Positions 57,611 to 64,000 of a stretch of 64,000 nucleotides of DNA are shown here, one piece after another. Each line of letters begins with the position of its first letter. The stretch's first letter is position 1. Position numbers and translations under genes: made by a program. The notes beneath the pieces were generated by a model. It did not search any database. It was not told the DNA's origin and worked only from the letters and a program-made list of their open reading frames with translations. Source of the DNA: Raillietiella orientalis (taxonomy: Eukaryota); contig JAYWIR010000006.1 in the NCBI GenBank assembly GCA_036172245.1, positions 5,890,001 through 5,954,000 on the forward strand. Reading direction: 5' to 3'.

Positions 57611-58523
57611 GGTGACCGAAGCCCCCAACGCCGTAATCTCGAAAGATCACAAACAATAAATATGCATGTTCAAATATGTATTAATATATGTCTTTGTACA
57701 TAGATTACTACATAAATTTATTTTGGAATCCGTATTTATTAATATTCATTCATACACGTTAGTAATATAATTACTCATATGTATTAATATATGGTTAATG
57801 TATACCAAAGATTATTGGAATTAAATGCATACTTTTACATAAAAAATCTATGTTTGTATATAGAATAGTACAAATATATATTAATATTCATAATAAACAA
57901 ATTTATTAACATGAATAATATTTTCACATAATAATTTGCGTCAATATACTGTTAATATAATAGGTTATGAACACAAATATTAATGTACATATATATACAT
58001 AATAAATACATATTAAAAGAATACATAAGTATACAAAAAATATAAATAATAATCGTGATGATGAAAAACAGTGCAAAAAATGAAATGGTCGAAAAAGAAA
58101 TGTGGCATTTCCTTCTCCCGCCATTTCCAACACTCAACAAGCGACGCTTCCTTATCAAATGAATTCTAATTTCGGGATTTTCATGGCTAATTAAATATAT
58201 ACGTTTAGAATTCAATATTTATTGATTCATTTCATATATTGCATTGATATATATATATATATATATATATACATAAATTAATACGATGTCAATCACAGCG
58301 ATAATGTGTTTGTTAGTAAATATGAGTGTGAAAATAAATCTGCATATTAATATAAATTGATGCAAACACTAAGCAAATGCATTTATTTTTTATAATCTTT
58401 ATAATCTGTGTGAATCCATATATCCATCTACATATTTATATATGAAGATACGTAATAAACGTATGTATTTGTTTTTCACCATTGTTCCGAGATTTCGACT
58501 TTCGGGGTTTTGAGCGCAAGCCC
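57611..58523. mobile_element. AT-rich non-autonomous element with imperfect terminal inverted repeats (MITE/Mutator-like)
   Basis: Left end gaagcccccaacgccgtaatctcgaaagatcacaaacaataaata vs rc of right end caaaaccccgaaagtcgaaatctcggaacaatggtgaaaaacaaatac; interior is extremely AT-rich with (TA)n. Confidence 0.5.
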
Positions 58524-58844
58524 TGCTTATGTGATGTCCGAGGTCAAATGCACAGGACCAAACAGTTTGGAGGCGGGCAATCTGCTCCGGATGCACTCGT
58601 CTTGTGCTAGAGTTCATCCCACTTTACTTTTGCCGAGGAAAGTCGCCGGTCTCACGAATTCCCCGAAGGTGTTTCTGAGGCATCCCAGTAAGCCGAGATC
58701 ATTCGCTGAGGAAGGGTCGGAAAGAGTGGCACGAGGTTGCCTCTCCTCGGTCTCACGTGAAGGTTCGCTCCTTCTTCACACTTTCGCTGGATTGCTTTAT
58801 TAAGTTTCAGAGTTGATCAACAGAAATCGCTCCATGTGTAATTT

Positions 58845-59155
58845 ACGGAAGACTCTGTCATGGCAACGGACCAAGCAACGCGTGTGCCGATAGACATGGC
58901 AGCGGCGGCGTGGGAAACGCTACGTCATCGTTGGAAATGGATGAGGCTGCTATGAATTCGTGTGACACCAACGGCTGGGCAACTTTTTTGAAGGCTTCGA
59001 GTCATGAGCACCAGCAATCATGGCGTGCGTTGGAGACAAAGACTCCATTCAGTGACTGGGAAAATGGATGCGAGCTGCCGTATTTGTGCAGAAATCCAAT
59101 GAGAGCAAAGGGGGGAAGAAGGTTGCGGCTTAATGAGGAAGTGCTTTCTGAGAGG
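58845..59155 (+). pseudogene. Possible decayed ankyrin-repeat fragment
   Basis: VMATDQATRVPIDMAAAA, then a frameshift to AAMNSCDTNGWATFLKASSHEH; both resemble ankyrin D..G.TPL..A repeats. Confidence 0.35.
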
Positions 59156-60099
59156 TGAGAGTTATCACGGTTTATTTCCGGCAACCGGCCTCTTACAAGG
59201 ACTCAGAAGAAAGGGACCCGCTCTTCAAGCAGTGCCAGCTGAAACCAAGGCAGACTTCCTAGAAAAGTCAGAGGTTCCAGGCACTCGGGGGGGGGGGGGG
59301 AATCACGACTGCGTGCGATTTTCCCCCGCAAAGGTCGAGCTCTTCAGGAAGTGAAAAACAGCTGGAGTTCTTGAATTCTTCTGGAATCTTTCCGAATGCT
59401 GACGTACGAACCGCGAAGCGCACTCCAGCGTGTGACTTCCCAGAGGAGAGCCAAGTCTGCGCATTCCGTGACCCCTTCCATCCTCGCGAATGTGCTTGGC
59501 TTGGAAGTGGTTCCTTCCTAACAGTCCTGCAGGTAGTCGTCGCTGAACCCGGCGAGCACTTCCACGTTTCCTGCGGCCCCAAACTGCGTGTCTTGATTTT
59601 CATCCGGGTGCGCTGGGGCCTTTCTTGAAAACAAACATATTACGGGAGTTGTGGTTGGACTACGGGTCCGACCACGCACAATTTAAAGGAAACAAACCTG
59701 CGGGGTCATTGGTTCGCAGACCGACGCAGTTCACCACGGCAGCAAAACGGGCAAACAAAAAGAAAAAAAGGAAAAAAATAAAATAAAAATAAATACACTA
59801 CGGGGGGTTCGGGAAGGGATCATTGTCTGCTGGTGGCAGTCCGGGCCATACTCTCCAGAATGCCGGCAAGGTCATGCTGAATGTTCTTTTCCAGGTGGAG
59901 CCATGCTATCTTGATGAAAAGGACGGCGAAGTGGATGGCATCCCTGGCGCTGGATCCTCCCGTTGCTTTACTCCAAGCAGTGACGATCCCGCGTAGTCAG
60001 CACAGGGCTGCAAGGAGACCGCTGGCCGAAGGGCGTCGCGAACGAAGAGGGTTTCTAAAGCGTCCCTGGAGTTGCCTCCGGGGGTTCCTCAGGGCCTCG

Positions 60100-61510
60100 G
60101 CAAAGCGTTACCAGAGAGGCCAGAGAGTAACATAGTCAAATAACAGGTGGGGGAGGAATTCACGTTCCCCGCACCTGATACAGTTGGGGTTCACACACAC
60201 CCGCGTCCAGTGATCTCGGGGGGCATTGCACGGTAGACCCCAGTGCAGCACCAACACGGCCGACTGCTGTCACTTCAAGGGGAGGGTGCGGTTCTCCATA
60301 AACACAGGGGTCCACTTCAGGTGTTCCATCGGAACACCCAGCAGTTCGCCCAATGCAAGAGTCTGTGGGGCGGTGTACTTGGGAGGTCGCAGAGTCTTCC
60401 ACTTGCCCAGTCCTTTCTCCCTTCTGGAGGTGTCCACCTTGACTTCCCATTTCGCTGCGATGCTGCTGCTCAGGTGTTCCTTGAAGGAAGGCAGTGCTGC
60501 AGCGAGGGAAGTTGTTCCTGCCCATGTCCTGCGTTTTTTCCGGGATCCTCCAGGATCTCTCGGAGAGTGAAACGGTTGCTGCGCGCGAACAGGAACCGGC
60601 GCACCTGTTCCATGCCTTGACCTTGGCTCCTCTCCCACGTGAGAACGCTTTCCTGTAGGCAAGCAATACCGTTCGCGGGATGGTAGGAGATTCATCTCGT
60701 GTTCTTCCTTGTCACATTGGCCACCCTCTGAAGCTGCAATCCGCAGTGGGCGCTGTGGCGGAGACGGAGTGCAACGAAAGACGCAAGTCCCACGTTTCTG
60801 GTGACTTGCTGGACGAGGAGGCGTGCAGGGGCCCACCAGATGGTGCTTCATAGCTTCGCTGCAAGGCAAGTATCCTGAACTGGAGCTGAAGCTCCAGCCG
60901 CTCCAGCGTCAGGAGGCAGAGGCCGCCATCCCGACGCGGGGTGCACAAGCCCTTCAACCGGACTCGGGATCTTCCTTTGTCCCAAAGGGCGATCCTTATG
61001 AGGTCCTTCGTCCTCTTCTTAATACTCTCGGTTGAGGGGCAAACAAAGAGCAGGGGCCAGAAGAGGGCAGCTACATTTCTTGAGGACTGGTTCGCGCAGC
61101 AGAACTCCTTCCCTGTGCAGCAGCGTGGAAGAGCCGAAGAAATGCACATTCACCGTGCAAGAGGCACAAGAATTCCTCGACATCTCCAGCCGAAGAAGAC
61201 TTAACAAATGGCGTAGTGGAAAAATCGCTTCCCTGGTCACTGATTTCGACAGTTCCATTACGTGAGAATGAAATCGATTCAATCCGGGGCCGCAGCACCT
61301 TCGAGTGTTTCGGCATCATGGTTCCCGAAACGGTCCGAGTCTGGACGAAAGCAACCCGCTCGTTGTTGAAAACAAACTCCCAAAGGAGCTCGTCCTCAGA
61401 GAGCATTGCGATGAAGCCCCGTGGCAGCAAATAACACTCTGACTTTCGGAAAACACTATAGGATCGAAAATTCTCCTGAGCTGATGCCGAAAGCCATGCG
61501 GCACTGACTC
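60100..61510 (-). mobile_element. Degenerate L1/Tx1-clade LINE ORF2 remnant
   Basis: HQLRRIFDPIVFSESQS (RT), RIALWDKGRSRVRLKGLCTPRRDGGLCLLTLE (post-RT FLW....L..P...GGL motif) and LPLK*..VLVLHWGLPCN...NPNCIRCGEREFLPHLLFDY..WPLW (zf-RVT). A U-rich 3'UTR-like tract lies near 59750-59800. Confidence 0.75.
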
Positions 61511-62519
61511 TTTGTGCCGCTAGGTATTCGAACGCGGGTTTGAAATGCAGCAGGCAGAACGTTCAGCTGCTGCCTCGTCTCCCTTGAAAACAACTCCCTG
61601 TCCCAGTATCACTAACAGCTGATAATCACCGGGTTATTCCGGGGCATTTAATATGAAAAGTAATGAAAATACTTGGTTCTACCACGTGCATGGAATTTGC
61701 CGAAGAGTGGCAAGGAGACCAGCAAGGTCCGCTTCGGCAGCATGGGGAGGGGAAAACAAAAACACAAAAAATAGAACACGCAAAATCAAGGGAGGAGAAA
61801 TTATACACAGTACGCTGTCAGATGTCCCCTGCATCCTGTCCAGGATGCTGGCAAGTTCCGTCCGTGTCCCGTCCCCGCGGGGCCATCTTGAGGCGGTTCT
61901 CAGGAAGACCCCGTGCCCAGTATCCCTGCGTCCCTACCGTTTCGTCCCTTCCTTCCCGCGTTACAGGCCGCCTCGATGACCGCAGGGAGCCGCGATGTCC
62001 CTGGGGCCGCCTGCCGGGATACCTAGGATCGTCGCGAAGCGATCCCAAAGGGATCGGAGGGCAGCAGAGTCTAGCGACAGGTGCGGGAGGGCTTCATTCT
62101 CCCCACGCCGCCGCACTGACAGATGGTGGAACTCCTCTTGGGGGTTTCTCCGTTTTCCCTGCTTTCCTTCCAGATTTTTCTTCTCCAGAAAGTAATGAAA
62201 ATACATTGGTGTGGTAATAAGAAAAATACATTGGTGTGATAAAACTCTCGTTCCTGCCACGTGCTACCCCAAAGAGCGGTTTTCTGTTTTTTGGTTCGCT
62301 GAGGATGAAACGTTCGCTCCTTTAGAGGGAACTCACGGAGCTCTTTGACGCCGTCCACATCACCCGAGGATGCGTATCAATCTTCCAGTTAGGAGGCAAC
62401 CTTGGAGTGACCGCCCTATGAGTCCAGAAGATCCTGGAGGATGGAGTTCGTTCCTCTCACACGTGGGAGAGAATCCCAAAGATAATTCTTTCTTGCTCTC
62501 TCCAGAGGGATGCCTCGGA

Positions 62520-62990
62520 GGGGATCACTTCTCTGGAGGGAGCCCCGCAAGGGAACTACTCCCTGTTTCCTCCTCCTCCGAAGAAAACGCCGAAGGGGCG
62601 CTTCCCAATTTCTCTGAAGGGCACTGCCCGAAGGGAGCAGCGCGCTTCTCCACACTCTGGAGAGGCGATTCCTCTCTCCCCCCCTAGGGGGTTGTCAAGC
62701 AGCTTAAGGTGTGGCTTCCTTTTCACGACCGGAGGGGGACCACGAAGGGAATGGACTCCTTGATTCCTGAAAGGGACCTCGGATGGTCGACTTCCATTCC
62801 CGACCACTCATCGGAAGCGCGCCGTACCCGAGTGTAGGTCAACCAGGGTCATTCTGCGGGGGTGACTCGAGACCCACGACGCCTCCCCTCCATTTCTCGG
62901 TGTCGACTCTTCGTCCCCCACGGGCGGGATTCGAACCAGCGCCTGGCTCCCGGCGCCTCAGCTCAGGAACAAAAGAGTCCCAAAGATCGG
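62520..62990 (-). mobile_element. tRNA-headed SINE-like element, copy 2
   Basis: B-box GGTTCGAATCC at 62927-62937 (minus); body is collinear with copy 1 over ~400 nt. Confidence 0.7.
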
Positions 62991-63499
62991 CGAACGCGGA
63001 CCCAAAGAGTCTGGGAGTCAAGGAGAGACCTTTCAGGGCTTCAAAAGTTGATCGGTTGAACCACGGTCAGATGAAAGTCTCGCAGAGTTGCGCAAGCAGC
63101 TGGAATGCCGAATTCAGGGACTCCGAAAACGTGCTGCAGGCCGATCGTCCCCCCTCGGTGGTTCGAAACCCACGGATTTTGCTCCTTTCGTGCTGCAGCC
63201 CTCCTCCTCACCTGCCAGCTTCACTGGGGCGCGTCCTCATGGGTGGCCTGGAAGCGAACAACTAGGAGCACAGGGAAGCGCCGTCTTTTGAGCGGTAGGC
63301 AAGCACTCCGTGGAGGCTCTGGGGATGCATCTCTGCGTGCTGCTGGCGACCGTCTCCTGTTTCGTTCGTAGGCGTTCATCCCTTTCCCAAGCCCTAGCCT
63401 GTTTGCTCCCTCGGAGGACAAAAGCGTCCCTTTCCTCCTGCGTCCTCTCTTTGATTAACCATTGAGGAAATGCCACAAATTAAAGGTTTCTTTTCCAGT

Positions 63500-64000
63500 G
63501 CAAATCAAAATCCCAGAAGCCGAAATCCCAAAAGATCTTAAAAATAAATGCACATGTTTAATATATATATGTATGTATATATATTCATATATATATTAAT
63601 GTATAGACAAATATATGCTTTATGAATTATAAAAAGTAAACATACCGTCATATTGTGTATATTACTGAGTATATATTTATAAATAGATTAATATACAGAT
63701 TCATTATTACATTATTAATATTTATTGATATGCCTATTATTAATGTAATATTCTTTTAACATATGTGTTTACTAATATTTATCAATGTACATATTTCAGA
63801 TATAATTTATAATATGTTCATTATTTATAGATATGCATATTTGCATATAGATAAATGAAAGGATGTTGTAAAAAATTATAAAAAACCATGAAAAAATATT
63901 TTGTTGCACAATTCAAGATAATTAATAACATGTCTGACACATATATTAGTACATGTATTTGTATGCACTGTGAAGATCATAAAAATAAATACGTGTGTTT
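63500..64000 (+). mobile_element. Second AT-rich element of the 57611-58523 type, truncated by the window end
   Basis: Starts caaaatcccagaagccgaaatcccaaaagatcttaaaaataaat, similar to the termini at 57620 and 58460-58512 (rc); AT-rich interior. Confidence 0.5.

Noticed and set aside
1..64000. Prokaryotic-type systems (operons, CRISPR, defence islands), rRNA, non-canonical splice sites or recoded stops
   Set aside because: The sequence is spliced animal DNA. Both genes assemble with standard GT-AG introns and the standard genetic code.

Overview
Eukaryotic (animal, arthropod-like) genomic DNA with two convergent spliced genes. (1) A plus-strand eva-1/EVA1C-like gene: signal peptide, two SUEL/rhamnose-binding lectin domains, TM helix and cytosolic tail. 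It has 7 coding exons from 173 to 37602, 436 aa by my manual join, and introns of about 24 kb, 3.8 kb and 7.9 kb followed by three of 67-83 nt. (2) A minus-strand furin-2-like proprotein convertase with 8 coding exons from 45265 to 38196, 867 aa by my manual join and an intact D/H/N/S active site. All introns are GT-AG and all phases join in frame. The large introns and the 46.8-64 kb intergenic region hold many heavily decayed retroelement fossils (two collinear Ty3/gypsy, one L1/Tx1, several LINE RT fragments), a dispersed tRNA-headed SINE-like family and AT-rich elements with inverted termini. The most notable oddities are a ~115-bp inverted duplication bracketing furin exons 1-2 and a furin C-terminus that resembles a GPI-anchor signal rather than TM plus cytosolic tail. 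Almost all long ORFs in the six-frame track are GC-rich shadows. I found no CRISPR array, rRNA or convincing intact tRNA, and no clearly new multi-gene system. All homology calls are from visual motif recognition, not database searches.
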